DNA of 64,000 bases, from the NCBI GenBank assembly GCA_963737655.1, contig CAVTTN010000002.1, forward strand, positions 416,001 to 480,000, in the 5' to 3' direction. How positions within the stretch are numbered: the stretch's first letter is position 1; each line of letters starts with the position of its first letter. A model generated the notes under the pieces. That model did not search any database. It saw only the letters and a list, made by a program, of their open reading frames with translations, and was not told the origin of the DNA. Of the stretch, positions 50,816 through 61,749 are shown in pieces. Source of the stretch: an uncultured Planctomycetota bacterium (GTDB lineage Bacteria; Planctomycetota; Planctomycetia; Isosphaerales; Isosphaeraceae). The position numbers and the translations under genes were made by a program.

Positions 50816-52192
50816 GTGATGGGCGATCGTGCCATCGAGGCCCTTCGCGAGGCGTTGCTCGTCTCGCCCGAGAACTTGCCCTTGCGCCGTCACCTGGCCG
50901 AGAGCTTGCTCGGGGTCGGTCGGCCCGACCTGGCCGAGGCGGAGTTCCGCGAGGCGATCTCCCGGGCGCCCGAGGATCTCGACCTCAAGAGCGGGCTGGC
51001 CCTGGCGTTCGCCCAGCAGGGCAAGGCGACCCTGGCCCTGGTGATCCTGGAAGACCTGGCGAAGAATCCGGACGCCCCGGGCCGCGCCCTCGTCGCCTTC
51101 GCCCGATTGCTGTTCGGCGCCGGGGACGTCCGCGAGGCCGTCAAGCAGTACCATCGAGGGATCGAGGCCGACCCCTCCGCCTCCGATCGCGAGCTGGCCG
51201 ACCGCCTGGGGATTCGATCCGAGGTCTCGTCCATCGAGGACCACGGCGAGTTCGACGACACCGAGGACGACGTGGTGGAAGGCCGGGTCCGCGCCTCGTG
51301 GGAGGGCCCCGACCCCGGCTCGGCCCTGGAGATCGAGCGGCCGGCGATCCGGTTCGAGGACGTCGGCGGGATGGAGTCGCTGAAGGAGGAGATCCGCCTC
51401 AAGATCATCCTGCCGATGGAGCATCCCGAGCTTTACAAGGCCTACGGCAAGACGGCCGGCGGCGGCGTCCTGCTCTACGGGCCTCCCGGGTGCGGCAAGA
51501 CGCACCTGGCCCGCGCCACCGCCGGGGAGATCCGCTCGGGGTTCCTCTCCGTCGGCCTGAATGACGTCCTGGAGATGTGGATCGGCAACAGCGAGAGGAA
51601 CCTCCACGCCCTGTTCGAGCAGGCCCGCGACCACTCGCCGTGCGTCCTGTTCTTCGACGAGGTGGACGCGCTGGCCGCCAGCCGTTCCGACCTCAAGGCC
51701 AGCGGAGGCCGGCAACTCATCAACCAGTTCCTCTCCGAGCTCGACGGGATCGAGTCGAGGAATGAAGGCGTGCTGATTCTGGCCGCCACGAACGCGCCCT
51801 GGCACCTCGACCCCGCGTTCCGCCGCCCCGGGCGGTTCGACCGCATCCTGTTCGTCCCGCCACCGGACCAGGCCGCCCGCGCCTCGATTTTGAGGCTCCT
51901 GTGCCGGGGGAAGCCGGTCAAGGACGTCGATTTCGACCACCTGGCGAAGAAGACGGACAAGCTCTCGGGCGCGGACCTCAAGGCGGTGGTCGATCAGGCC
52001 GTCGAGAACAAGCTCCGCGAGGCCCTGAAGCTCGGCTCGATCAGCCCGTTGACCACGAAAGACCTGCTGGCGACGGCCTCGACGGTGAAGCCCTCGACCC
52101 GCGAATGGTTCGCGACGGCCCGCAATTACGCCCTCTATTCGAACCAGGGGGGCATCTATGACGACATCCTGGCGTACCTGAAAATCGGATGA
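50816..52192 (+). CDS. AAA+ ATPase (Cdc48/Vps4-like single module) with N-terminal TPR
   Basis: FEDVGGM, GPPGCGKT, LFFDEVD, AATNAPW, RRPGRFDR. Confidence 0.92.
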   Translation: MMGDRAIEALREALLVSPENLPLRRHLAESLLGVGRPDLAEAEFREAISRAPEDLDLKSGLALAFAQQGKATLALVILEDLAKNPDAPGRALVAFARLLFGAGDVREAVKQYHRGIEADPSASDRELADRLGIRSEVSSIEDHGEFDDTEDDVVEGRVRASWEGPDPGSALEIERPAIRFEDVGGMESLKEEIRLKIILPMEHPELYKAYGKTAGGGVLLYGPPGCGKTHLARATAGEIRSGFLSVGLNDVLEMWIGNSERNLHALFEQARDHSPCVLFFDEVDALAASRSDLKASGGRQLINQFLSELDGIESRNEGVLILAATNAPWHLDPAFRRPGRFDRILFVPPPDQAARASILRLLCRGKPVKDVDFDHLAKKTDKLSGADLKAVVDQAVENKLREALKLGSISPLTTKDLLATASTVKPSTREWFATARNYALYSNQGGIYDDILAYLKIG

Positions 52193-53466
52193 GCACCGCG
52201 TTTGAGAGAGGGATCGTCCTGTTCCGCCAGGGCCGGCCCGACCTGGCCGAGCGCGAGTTCCGGCAGGCCCTGTCCGAAGGGCCCGACGACGCGTTCCCCC
52301 ACGCCTTCCTCGCCCTCTGCCTGGCCGAAAAAAGCCGGAACCCCGAGGCGCTGGCCGAGGCCGACGAGGCCATGCGGCTCGCCCCCGACGAGGCGTTCTG
52401 CCACTCGGTCCGGGGCCGCATCCTGTTCGACCTGGGGAGGCTCGACGAGGCCGAGGCCGCCGCGAAGGAGGCCGCCGCACTGGACCCGGCCGACGCCGAG
52501 CACCGCGTCCTCCTCGGGCAGGTCGCGATCGGCCGCCGCCGATGGCCCGACGCCCTGGAAAACGCCGACGCCGCGCTCGCGCTCGACGCCCAGAGCCTCT
52601 CGGCCCGGAACCTCCGGGCCATCGCGCTGACCCAGATGGGCCGCAAGAGCGAGGCCGAGGCGACCCTGGGCGAGGCCCTCGCCGACGACCCCGAGGATCC
52701 GGTCACCCAGGCCAACCAGGGCTGGGTCTGCCTCCACCAGAACGACCCGAAACGCGCCCTGGAACACTTCCGCGAGGCCCTCCGCCTCGACCCCAACCTC
52801 GACTGGGCCCGCGCCGGGATCGTCGAGGCCCTGAAGGCGAAACACCTGCTCTACCGCCTGATGCTCCAGTTCTTCCTCTGGATCGGCCGGCAAGGGCGGG
52901 TGGCCCAGATCGGGCTCGTCCTGGCGATCGTGTTCGGCCGGAGTCTGCTCGCCTGGGTGGACGAGGTCGCGCCCGGGTATTCCTGGCTCGTTCGCCCCCT
53001 GATGATCCTCTCGTTCGCGTTCCTGATCCTGACCTGGATCGCCAGCCCGGTCTTCAACCTCCTCCTGAGGTTCAACCGCTTCGGACGGATGGCCCTCTCC
53101 AAGGAGCAACGGACCGAATCGACCTGGATCGGCGGATGCTTCCTGATCGCCCTGGCGGGGCTGATCGGCTACCTGGCCACCGCCTCTCAGGTCAGCTTCC
53201 TGGTGATGACGGCGTTCGGCCTCCTCCTGTTCCCCCTCGCCGTGACGTTCCGTGCCCCCGCCGGCCCGACTCGCCTCCTCCTGGCCGCCGGGACGGCCGT
53301 CCTCTTCCTGATGGACGTGCCGATCCTCGCCTGGAGCATCCTCGGCCCGAGCAGCCCGTTCGGCGGCCTCCACCAGGCCCACACGCTGTTCTACAACTCG
53401 ATCCTCGGCTGCGCCGGCTCCACCTGGATTTCCCTGGTCCTCAGCCAGAGAGCACGAGGCGGTTAG
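52189..53466 (+). CDS. TPR protein with multi-pass C-terminal membrane domain
   Basis: About 6 TPRs then 6-7 TM helices; ATGA overlap with the AAA gene. Confidence 0.85.
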   Translation: MSTAFERGIVLFRQGRPDLAEREFRQALSEGPDDAFPHAFLALCLAEKSRNPEALAEADEAMRLAPDEAFCHSVRGRILFDLGRLDEAEAAAKEAAALDPADAEHRVLLGQVAIGRRRWPDALENADAALALDAQSLSARNLRAIALTQMGRKSEAEATLGEALADDPEDPVTQANQGWVCLHQNDPKRALEHFREALRLDPNLDWARAGIVEALKAKHLLYRLMLQFFLWIGRQGRVAQIGLVLAIVFGRSLLAWVDEVAPGYSWLVRPLMILSFAFLILTWIASPVFNLLLRFNRFGRMALSKEQRTESTWIGGCFLIALAGLIGYLATASQVSFLVMTAFGLLLFPLAVTFRAPAGPTRLLLAAGTAVLFLMDVPILAWSILGPSSPFGGLHQAHTLFYNSILGCAGSTWISLVLSQRARGG

Positions 53467-53517
53467 GCGGCGAAGCCTCGCGTCGCGATCGGTGGAGGCT
53501 CGCCAAGGGCACTCGTC

Positions 53518-53985
53518 ATGTCACGAGACACGGCCCACGAGTCCGGCACTCTCCGCTTCGACGGCCGCCTCATCACCTATGAGTCCCGTCACCTCGGCTC
53601 ATTTTCTCTCCCGATGGCCGACGTCGCCGTGATCGGCGAATACACGACCCAGGACGGCCCCTTTTTCGACGACTGGTTCCTCGTTTTCGTCCGTCGGGAC
53701 GGCGAATGGTTCGAGGCGTCGATGTACGGCGAAGGCCCGGAGGAGGTCCGCGACGGCCTCTCGAAGTCGCTCCGGGCCGAGATCCACCTGGGCCTCGCCG
53801 CCTCCACGGACTTCGCCAGTCGAGTCCTCTGGCCCCCGGGCCTCCTGGGCCAACCACTCTTCGAGTTCGTCAAGCCCTCGGGTTCCCGCTTCCTCGAACG
53901 CATGAGGCTCGTGATCTTGCCCGCCGTCCGCCGGCAGCTCTCGCCCGAGGTGCTTGCGGCGCTCGGAGGCGACGAGTGTCCTTGA
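53518..53985 (+). CDS. Hypothetical protein
   Basis: IGEYTTQDGPFFDDWFLVF segment; coding-like composition. Confidence 0.7.
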   Translation: MSRDTAHESGTLRFDGRLITYESRHLGSFSLPMADVAVIGEYTTQDGPFFDDWFLVFVRRDGEWFEASMYGEGPEEVRDGLSKSLRAEIHLGLAASTDFASRVLWPPGLLGQPLFEFVKPSGSRFLERMRLVILPAVRRQLSPEVLAALGGDECP

Positions 53986-54035
53986 CCGGACTCCGCATCG
54001 GGCCGGCGACCCACGGTGTTCCACCGGTCTCCGCC

Positions 54036-55397
54036 TCATCCCAGCGACCACCCCTTGCGATACTCGCGGTGGAGGAACCGATCGGCATCGGGGGCATTCG
54101 GCACGCGGAGGCCGGCGGCGTCCCACTCGATCTTCTTGCCGAGCCGATAGGCCACGTTCCCGAGATGGTTCGCCTCGGTCAAACGGCCGGAATACTCGAA
54201 ATGGCAGGTCGTCGGCTCGCCCGTCTTGCACGCGCGGACCCACTCCTCGTGGTGGCCGATCGACGGAGGAATCGTGACCGGCGGTCTCGGGAAATCGCGA
54301 AACTCGTTCTCGGGCAACAGGATGTGACGGCCGTAATCGGCCAGGATCTTGCCCTTCGGACCGATGAACAGGGCACCGCTGTCCCACTTGGGGATGGCTC
54401 CCGAACTCCACGCCGCCGGCTTGTCTTCCCCCTGATACCACGTGAGCTTCACCGGCGGCAAATCGCCCCTCGGCCCGTACTCGTAGACGACGTGCATCGA
54501 CGCCGGGGCGATCTCGGGATGGGGAGGAGGGCCGAACGCCTCGACGGTCCTCGGGGCGTCGAGCTTCAGGGCCCAGAACGGCAGGTCGATCCAGTGGCTC
54601 CCGAGGTCGCTCATGGTCCCGTTGCCGAAGTCCCACCAGCGATACCACTTCGGACCGGGAAAGTAGACCTCGTGGAACGGCCTCTCGGGGGCCGGGCCGA
54701 GCCAGAGGTCCCAGTCCAGACCCCGGGGCACGGGCGATGACCCCGCCGGCCTCTCCTCGACCGTGACGATGTCGCCGTTCCGCCTCGCGGCCTCGGGCGA
54801 TTGACGGCCCCAGGCCCGGCCCACCCAGACGTGGGCCTCCGAGACCGGCCCGATCGCCCCGGATTGCACCAGCTCGACCACTCGCCGATAGTTGTCCGAG
54901 GCGTGAATCTGGGTCCCCATCTGGGTCGCGACCTTCGCCCTCGCCGCGGCCTCTCGAATCGTCCGGGCCTCGGAGACCGAGTGGGTCAGGGGCTTTTCGC
55001 AATACACATGTTTGCCGAGCTGGAGTGCCGGCAGCGTGGCGAAGGCGTGGGTATGCTCGGTCGTGCTCACGATCACCGCGTCGAACTCGTTCGCGTGGTC
55101 GAAAACCCGGCGGAAATCCCGTGTCCGCCTGGCTTTGGGATGAGACTTCGCGGCGTTTTCGACGGCCGAGTCGTACACGTCGCAAAGCGCCACGATCGTT
55201 TCCGAGGAGACGCTCTGGAGGTTCGAACCGCCCCGACCGCCCACCCCGATGCACGCGATGTTCAGCTTGTCGTTGAGGTTCCTCGCCCGGAGGAAGGCCG
55301 GGGCGCCGAACAGGGCCACCCCGGAGGCCGCGACCGCCCGGCCGAACGACCGACGGCTCGGCGCGGACCCGTTCGACGAAGGAGAGAGTGCGTCCAC
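54036..55397 (-). CDS. Gfo/Idh/MocA oxidoreductase with Tat signal
   Basis: SRRSF twin-Arg; [32 protein letters not shown] start with GGAGG RBS. Confidence 0.92.
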   Translation of the reverse strand: MDALSPSSNGSAPSRRSFGRAVAASGVALFGAPAFLRARNLNDKLNIACIGVGGRGGSNLQSVSSETIVALCDVYDSAVENAAKSHPKARRTRDFRRVFDHANEFDAVIVSTTEHTHAFATLPALQLGKHVYCEKPLTHSVSEARTIREAAARAKVATQMGTQIHASDNYRRVVELVQSGAIGPVSEAHVWVGRAWGRQSPEAARRNGDIVTVEERPAGSSPVPRGLDWDLWLGPAPERPFHEVYFPGPKWYRWWDFGNGTMSDLGSHWIDLPFWALKLDAPRTVEAFGPPPHPEIAPASMHVVYEYGPRGDLPPVKLTWYQGEDKPAAWSSGAIPKWDSGALFIGPKGKILADYGRHILLPENEFRDFPRPPVTIPPSIGHHEEWVRACKTGEPTTCHFEYSGRLTEANHLGNVAYRLGKKIEWDAAGLRVPNAPDADRFLHREYRKGWSLG

Positions 55398-55513
55398 GGC
55401 GAGCCTCCGGGTCGGGAAAAGGGGGATTCGCCCCAGGATGGACCGCCGGCCGAGGGGTTGCAAGCCCCTGGTTCCTGGTAAACTGAGCGACGATCTCGAC
55501 GAGGGGGACCATC

Positions 55514-56491
55514 ATGAACGAGGCGTGGCGATGGTGGATCGTGCCCTGGCTCTGGATCGCCGGATCGTCCGCCATCGCCGAGGATCGCGAGCCTCCGATC
55601 GTCGCCGAGAGGAAGGCGCTGGCGTTCCTGGCGACGGAGGTCCCCCGGTGGTCGGTCGAGAATCGCTGCTTCTCCTGCCATAATAACGGAGACGCGGCGA
55701 AGGCCCTGATCCTCGACCCCAAATCTCCGCCCGAGAGCCTGGCCGCGACGCTCGATTTCCTCACCCGGCCCGACCGCTGGGAAAAGAACGGGACCGACGC
55801 CGCATTCAGCGATAAGTCCCTGGCACGGCTCCAGTTCGCGTCGGCACTGAACACCGCGGTGAAGGCCGGGCGGGTCGCCGATCGATCGCTCTTGCTCGGC
55901 CCGGCCGAGGCTCTCGCCCGCGACCAGGCCGAGGACGGCTCATGGCGGATCGACGACGCCGCGCCGGTCGGCTCGCCCGCGACTTATGGCCCACCGATCG
56001 CCTCGGCCGTCGCGCTGGACGTCCTCCGCGCCTCCGACCCGAAGCGGTTCGCCCGGAACATCGCAAGGGCCGAGGACTGGCTCCGAAAACGCCCGATCGC
56101 GAACGTTCATGACGCCTCGGCGGTCCTCTTGGCACTCCCCGAACTGTCACCCGCTGATCGCCGTATCCGCTTGCAGTCATTTGAGTTGCTGCAAGGCGCC
56201 CAGAACGGCGACGGCGGCTGGGGGCCGTTTCGCCGATCGTCTCCCGAGGCCTTCGACACGGCCCTGGCCCTGCTCGCCCTGTCTCGCTGGGCCAATCGGG
56301 CCGAGGCCGGGCCAATTCTCGAACGGGGACGCCTCTGGCTGGCCCGGTCGCAGGCCCCCGACGGCGGCTGGCCCGCCACGACCCGGCCACCCGGCGGCGA
56401 CAGTTATGCCGAGAGGATCTCCACGACCGGATGGGCGACTCAAGCCCTTCAGAAAACCCGGGTTAAGGACGAGGCCGGACCGTCACGCTGA
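55514..56491 (+). CDS. Prenyltransferase/squalene oxidase (QW) repeat protein
   Basis: CFSCH; Q.EDGSW, QNGDGGW, QAPDGGW repeats. Confidence 0.82.
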   Translation: MNEAWRWWIVPWLWIAGSSAIAEDREPPIVAERKALAFLATEVPRWSVENRCFSCHNNGDAAKALILDPKSPPESLAATLDFLTRPDRWEKNGTDAAFSDKSLARLQFASALNTAVKAGRVADRSLLLGPAEALARDQAEDGSWRIDDAAPVGSPATYGPPIASAVALDVLRASDPKRFARNIARAEDWLRKRPIANVHDASAVLLALPELSPADRRIRLQSFELLQGAQNGDGGWGPFRRSSPEAFDTALALLALSRWANRAEAGPILERGRLWLARSQAPDGGWPATTRPPGGDSYAERISTTGWATQALQKTRVKDEAGPSR

Positions 56492-57590
56492 TCGTCGGGG
56501 CCTTCGGCTCCGGCCCGGCCGGGCGGAGCGCATCGACCTCGAACGGCCGGCTCACGCTGTTGCCGGCCAGGTCTTCCAGGTCCGGGTTCACCGCGATTTG
56601 ATACTCGCCCGCGGTCCACGGTCCATCGGGCCGGAAGCTCCACCGCGTCGATCCGGGATCGACATTGGTCTTGCCCGCGACCTGGCGGCCCTGGCCGTCC
56701 CGAACGGTCAGCGAACGGTCGAACAGGGCGCGGTCGAGCGGTTCGGGCGACCGGACCGTGAGCGGATCGCTCGTCCCGCTCTCGGGAGCGACAACCGTCC
56801 ACGTCCTCGGGTCGGGCTGAACGTCGTCGGGGGCGCCGACGCGGAAGTCCTTGCGAAACAACGACTTCAAGGGCCGCCCATCGGCGTCCGGCCACTCGCG
56901 ATCGATCGTCAAGGAGTACGATTTTCCCTCTTCGAGGATCGGCCCGTCCTCTTCACGAGGTCGAAGCCCCCGCTTGATCCGGCCCGGGTCCAGGAGCAGG
57001 GTCAAACGAGTCCCCGAGGGGTCCCAAAGCTCCTCGCCAATCTCCAGGAAAGGCGATTCGACGACCTTCCCGCCCTTCCCGACCAGCCGGACTCGCCGGT
57101 AGACCTCGCCCCGGGACATGGGCGCCGAGAAGAGGAGGTAGAACTTGAGCAGGTTCTCGGGCACGACTTCCGAAACGGGATCGACCCGGACGACCTCGGT
57201 CGATGCCCCTTTCACCGCCTCGTTTCGGGCGAATTCGAGGATGGTTTCCTTCGCCGAGATCGGACGAGGCAGCCGGTCCGGCCGGAACCGGGCGCGGTGG
57301 AGCAGGCCCGGATCGATCGGGAACCGGGGTTGGAACCGAACGGACGATCCCGCCACCCGATACCGGCCAGGGATCGGGGGACCATCCGTGCGATCCTTCC
57401 CAACCACGGTCACGGTAAAGAGATCGGTCCATCGAGACCGATCCCACGTCGCGAGTTCCGACAGGTTCGCCGCGTCGATCCCCTCGACGCTCACGCTCGG
57501 GGGATCGGCGTCGGCCAGGAAGCGGAGAGTCGGGCCCTCCCCGCCGAGCGGCAAACCGGCGAGGAGAGCAAGGGCCGCGAGGAAAGTCAC
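56463..57590 (-). CDS. Secreted hypothetical protein with Ig-like (SbsA-type) domain
   Basis: PENLLKFYLLFSAPM, LDPGRIKRG, LEDLAGN. Confidence 0.75.
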   Translation of the reverse strand: MTFLAALALLAGLPLGGEGPTLRFLADADPPSVSVEGIDAANLSELATWDRSRWTDLFTVTVVGKDRTDGPPIPGRYRVAGSSVRFQPRFPIDPGLLHRARFRPDRLPRPISAKETILEFARNEAVKGASTEVVRVDPVSEVVPENLLKFYLLFSAPMSRGEVYRRVRLVGKGGKVVESPFLEIGEELWDPSGTRLTLLLDPGRIKRGLRPREEDGPILEEGKSYSLTIDREWPDADGRPLKSLFRKDFRVGAPDDVQPDPRTWTVVAPESGTSDPLTVRSPEPLDRALFDRSLTVRDGQGRQVAGKTNVDPGSTRWSFRPDGPWTAGEYQIAVNPDLEDLAGNSVSRPFEVDALRPAGPEPKAPTISVTVRPRP

Positions 57591-58660
57591 GGAAGCTCGA
57601 TGGTTTCGAGGTTCTGGGCACCTTCGGGGGTCTGGATCAGGATGACCGCATGGGTCGCGTCCAGCTTGTCGAGCTGCATCACGCCCTTCAGGCCGGTGAT
57701 GGTCTCATAGCTGATCCCCTGGGTGTCCTTGACCGGCTTCACGATGCCCTCGGCCTCGCCGACGCCGCCGGTCGGGATCTTCATGACGCCCCGGCTGCTG
57801 TTGGCCAGCAGGAGGTAATCCTTGCCGCCCTTCTCATAGGTGATCATGTCGAGAGGGCGGTTCCGGTTGCCCAGCTCGGCCACGGTCGTGCCCTTGAGGT
57901 GGGAGCCGGCCTTGAGCTCGGAAAGGGGGATCTTCACCAGGGGCGTGCAGGTGTACGCGGCCAGGAGGTACGGCTCGCCCTTGATCTTGTAGGAGGTGAA
58001 GGTACGAACCGGCGACTTCGTCTCAAATCGGCCGTGGGCCCCGTGATAGATCTCGACGCTCGTGCCCGAGGCCGACTCCGAAAACGGGAAGGGGATCGCC
58101 AGCAACCGGGAGGAGAACTCCTCGTTCGACAGCCCGGCGACATAGACCCGGCCATCGATGAACGCCAGGTCGGTGATGACCTCGGAGGCCGGGCTGCGGG
58201 GGTTGGCGGCCGGCGCGTTCGGCAGGGTCGCCCGGGCGAACGGCACGTCTTCGAGGGAGACCAGGGCGAGCGACCCGTCCTTGCCGACCGAGATCAAGGC
58301 CGGGGCGGCGTCCGGTCCCTTGCCCCGGGCGATCGAGAGGTAAACCCTTCCCGAGGCGGGATTGACCGCCACATCATTGATGACGACCTTGTCGGCGGTA
58401 GTCCCGAGCAGGGCGGCGGCCTTCTCGGCGACGTTCTCGACCTTCACCGGGGCGGCCTCGCCCTTGCGGTCGCCGGTCTCGACGGCGATGATCGCCGCAC
58501 CCTTCGTGTCGGCCAGGAGGAGGAGGCCATCGGGACCGAAGGCGATGGGGCCCGAGGACTTCCATTCGGGCGTGCCCTTGGCCAGGTCGGCCGATCGGGC
58601 CGAGGGGCCGCCGATCGCCAGGGCGGCAATGGCCAGCGGGACGAGCCGTGAGAGTCTCAT
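57587..58660 (-). CDS. Secreted hypothetical protein (beta-propeller-like)
   Basis: Signal peptide; AGLSNEEF, YHGAHG..ET, YTCTPLV, ELGNRNRPLDM; GTGA overlap with the downstream gene. Confidence 0.78.
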   Translation of the reverse strand: MRLSRLVPLAIAALAIGGPSARSADLAKGTPEWKSSGPIAFGPDGLLLLADTKGAAIIAVETGDRKGEAAPVKVENVAEKAAALLGTTADKVVINDVAVNPASGRVYLSIARGKGPDAAPALISVGKDGSLALVSLEDVPFARATLPNAPAANPRSPASEVITDLAFIDGRVYVAGLSNEEFSSRLLAIPFPFSESASGTSVEIYHGAHGRFETKSPVRTFTSYKIKGEPYLLAAYTCTPLVKIPLSELKAGSHLKGTTVAELGNRNRPLDMITYEKGGKDYLLLANSSRGVMKIPTGGVGEAEGIVKPVKDTQGISYETITGLKGVMQLDKLDATHAVILIQTPEGAQNLETIELP

Positions 58661-58851
58661 CGTCGATGCCTCCAGGAGCGAAATCAGGGCGGGCGAAGCG
58701 AGGGGAGTCGCCGGTATCGGCGTCATTATCCGGCCGATTGGCCCGGTTGCAACGAGATTCCGGGACAATCCGCGACCCTCTGCCCGTCGGGGCGCCCGTC
58801 TGGGACACTGGCCCCGCCGTTCCCCCTCGCCGCGCCCCGCCGGAGACGACG

Positions 58852-60867
58852 ATGAATCCCGCTCTCGCCCTCGTCCTGCTCGTCGCGACCGCCCCGCGCG
58901 ACGTCCCGGTCATGGAAGTCACCACCGACGTTCGCCTTGATCCCACAAGGACTTACGGCCGGATCGTGATCAAGGCCAGCGGCATCACCCTCGACGGCGC
59001 CGGGGCCCGGATCCTCGGGGCCGTCGGCGGCGACCCGAAGACGTTCCGGGGGATCGGGATCGAGGCCCGCGGCGTCTCCGGCGTGACCCTCAAGAACGTC
59101 TCGGTCCGGGGTTGGGAGACCGGACTCCTCGTGGTCGATGGCGAGGGCTGGACCGTCGAAGGCTGCGACTTCTCCGACAACTTCCACGACCCGGAGTTCG
59201 GGTGGGGCGAGAACGGCCGACGAGGCGGGATCGTCCTGGATCGCGTCCGCCATTCCAAAATCCTGAAAAACAAGGCCAATCACGTCTGGGATGGCTGCGC
59301 CCTGGTCGATTCGGACGAGAACCGCCTCGACGGCAACGACTTCTCCCATACATCGAACACGGGCATGAAGCTCTGGAAGTCCTCAAAAAACACGGTGATT
59401 GGCAATAACCTCAGCTATGGTTTGAGGATACGCCCCGGCGAGGTCCACGCCCGGGATTCCGCCTGCCTCCTGATCGAGACCGGTTCCGACAACAACCGTT
59501 TCGAAAAGAACGACTGCACCCACGGCGGAGACGGCGTGTTCGTGCGAGTCCTGAACGGCTGGGTGAGCGTCGGCAATGTTTTTGACGGCAATGACGCCTC
59601 GTTCGCCAATAATAATGCCTTCGAAGCCTGGTCCCCTCGCAACGTCTATCGGCATAACAAGGCCAATCATTCGAGTTACGGCTTCTGGCTCGGGGCCTCG
59701 GATGGGACGGTCCTGATCGCCAACGAGGCCAGTCACAACGGCGAGGCGTCGGGCTTCCACAACTCGCCCCACCTTCCCGGCAACGGTCACGCGGGGATCG
59801 TGTTCATGTTCGGCCCGTCGAGCCACACTCTCGTGAAGGGCAACACCTGTCAGGGCAACAACGGCGCGGGTATCGCCTTGATTGGCGATCAGGGCAGCCA
59901 GGGGGAGAAGTGGAAAGCGTTCCACGGGATCATCGAGGACAACACGCTCACCGGCAACCGCTGGGGAATTTACGCCCGGTTCGCGGACTGGATCGACGTG
60001 TCGGGCAACCAGTTCGCGGACAATTCGGAGGCGGCGTTTTCGAGGGACGACTCGGTCACGAACGTGTTCGAGCACGACGGGCCCGCGGTCGCCTCGCCGA
60101 CGGCGGAACTCACAGCTCCGTCACGGGTTCGGACCGGCGAACCCGCGACCCTCGACGCGACGAGGAGCCGGACCTCCTCGGGCCATCCGCCGAAGGTCCG
60201 CTGGGATCTGGGAGACGGCACCATCCTCGCCGGGTCGGCCCCTCTGCTGGTCCGTCACGAGTTCCGGGAGCCGGGATTGAAGCGAGTCGGGCTGACCATC
60301 CGCGACGGGCGGGCCTCGTCGCTGGCCTGGAGAGACGTTTACGTGGTCGAGGATCGTCCCGAGATCGCCACCGACGGCCCCTCGACCGACTGGACCTGGG
60401 ACGACCCTCGCTCCTCGGTCGTCTTCTCCGAAGACCCGGCGCAAGCCCTCGCGGGCCGTTCTGCAATTCGTGGTGAAGTCAAGGCTTATGGCGGCGGGCG
60501 GACGACGTTCGTGGCCAGTGTGGGGAGTCCGGCCCGATCGCTGACCGGGAAGAAGAGCCTGGCGTTCTGGGTCCGGTCGAGGAACCCGAACCTCCCCGGC
60601 TGGCAGGGGCCGAACCCGGTCGTGACCCTCCGAGGCCCGAATCGGGCGTCGCGAATTCTGACCCCCGCGAGGGACTGGCTCGCCCAGCCGACCGAGAACG
60701 AGGCCCGCGAAGGTTGGACCCTCGTGACCGTCCCCCTGGAGGGCGGCGACGGCTGGGACGTGAAGGGCCCGAGGCCCACCTCCCTGGAGGCGATCGGGAT
60801 CGGACTCGATTCGTGGGGGATGGACCCGTGGACCGTCTGGATTGACGGAATGATTTTGAAGGATTAG
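58852..60867 (+). CDS. Right-handed beta-helix (NosD-like) protein with PKD domain
   Basis: Asn-ladder repeats; LDATRS...WDLGDG...H.F..PG PKD motif. Confidence 0.8.
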   Translation: MNPALALVLLVATAPRDVPVMEVTTDVRLDPTRTYGRIVIKASGITLDGAGARILGAVGGDPKTFRGIGIEARGVSGVTLKNVSVRGWETGLLVVDGEGWTVEGCDFSDNFHDPEFGWGENGRRGGIVLDRVRHSKILKNKANHVWDGCALVDSDENRLDGNDFSHTSNTGMKLWKSSKNTVIGNNLSYGLRIRPGEVHARDSACLLIETGSDNNRFEKNDCTHGGDGVFVRVLNGWVSVGNVFDGNDASFANNNAFEAWSPRNVYRHNKANHSSYGFWLGASDGTVLIANEASHNGEASGFHNSPHLPGNGHAGIVFMFGPSSHTLVKGNTCQGNNGAGIALIGDQGSQGEKWKAFHGIIEDNTLTGNRWGIYARFADWIDVSGNQFADNSEAAFSRDDSVTNVFEHDGPAVASPTAELTAPSRVRTGEPATLDATRSRTSSGHPPKVRWDLGDGTILAGSAPLLVRHEFREPGLKRVGLTIRDGRASSLAWRDVYVVEDRPEIATDGPSTDWTWDDPRSSVVFSEDPAQALAGRSAIRGEVKAYGGGRTTFVASVGSPARSLTGKKSLAFWVRSRNPNLPGWQGPNPVVTLRGPNRASRILTPARDWLAQPTENEAREGWTLVTVPLEGGDGWDVKGPRPTSLEAIGIGLDSWGMDPWTVWIDGMILKD

Positions 60868-60874
60868 GGTTCCG

Positions 60875-61674
60875 TCACCAGTGCATGACGTACCCGCCGT
60901 CCACGTTGATCGTCTGCCCGGTCACGTTGCCGGCCCGTTCCGAGGCCAGGAAAACGGCCATCGCGGCGAGGTCATCGGGCGTCTGCCACCGTCCTAGGGG
61001 CACGAGTGCCCGGATCTTCTCGGCGGCCCAGTCCTCATAAGAAGGCCGACCCTCCGTCGGCTGGCGGGCCGCCCAGGACTCGAACACCGCCCGGTTCAGG
61101 GCCGTCTTGACCATCCCGGGACAGAGCGTGTTGACCCGAACTCCATAGGGGGCCAGGTCTTTCGCCGCGCACTGTGCAAAATTGATCAGGCCAGCCTTGG
61201 ACGCGCTATAGGGAGGGTCGGTCTGGGAGCCGATCTGGCCGGCGACCGAGGCGAGGAACAGGATCGAGCCCGAGCGTCTTTCGGCCATGTTTGGCGCGAA
61301 GGCATGGGCGACGGTCGCAGCCCCCACGAGGTTGACGCGGAGGACGCGGTCCCAGTCGTCCGGGTCGAGCCTCCAGAACGGGAAACCCAGCTTCCCCGAG
61401 CCGATCCCGGCGGCGAAAACCAGGTGGTCGCACCGGCCGAGATCCTGGCGGATCGTCGCCTCAACCGCTTTCATCGCAGGGAAATCGGTCGCGTCGGCGA
61501 CGAACCCGTGAAACGCGTGGCCGAGCCCGGCGGCGGTGTCGAGGGTGTCGGAGTCGCGATCGACGATCGCCGCGATCGCCCCCTCGGCGGCGAACGCCGA
61601 GGCGATCGCCTGGCCGATCCCTCGGCCCCGCCCACGATCGCCGCAACCTGGCCTTCCAGTTGAAGATCCATCAT
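60875..61674 (-). CDS. SDR family oxidoreductase; frameshift near 61620
   Basis: GGA(R)GIG restored by +1 base; YSASKAG, RVNTLCPG, VTGQTINVDGG. Confidence 0.92.
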
Positions 61675-61749
61675 GGAGTACCCGTTGGCTCCAGGCGATG
61701 CACCCGCTTCGGAGGAATTACGGATCGAAGATGGTGCATTTCATGCACC

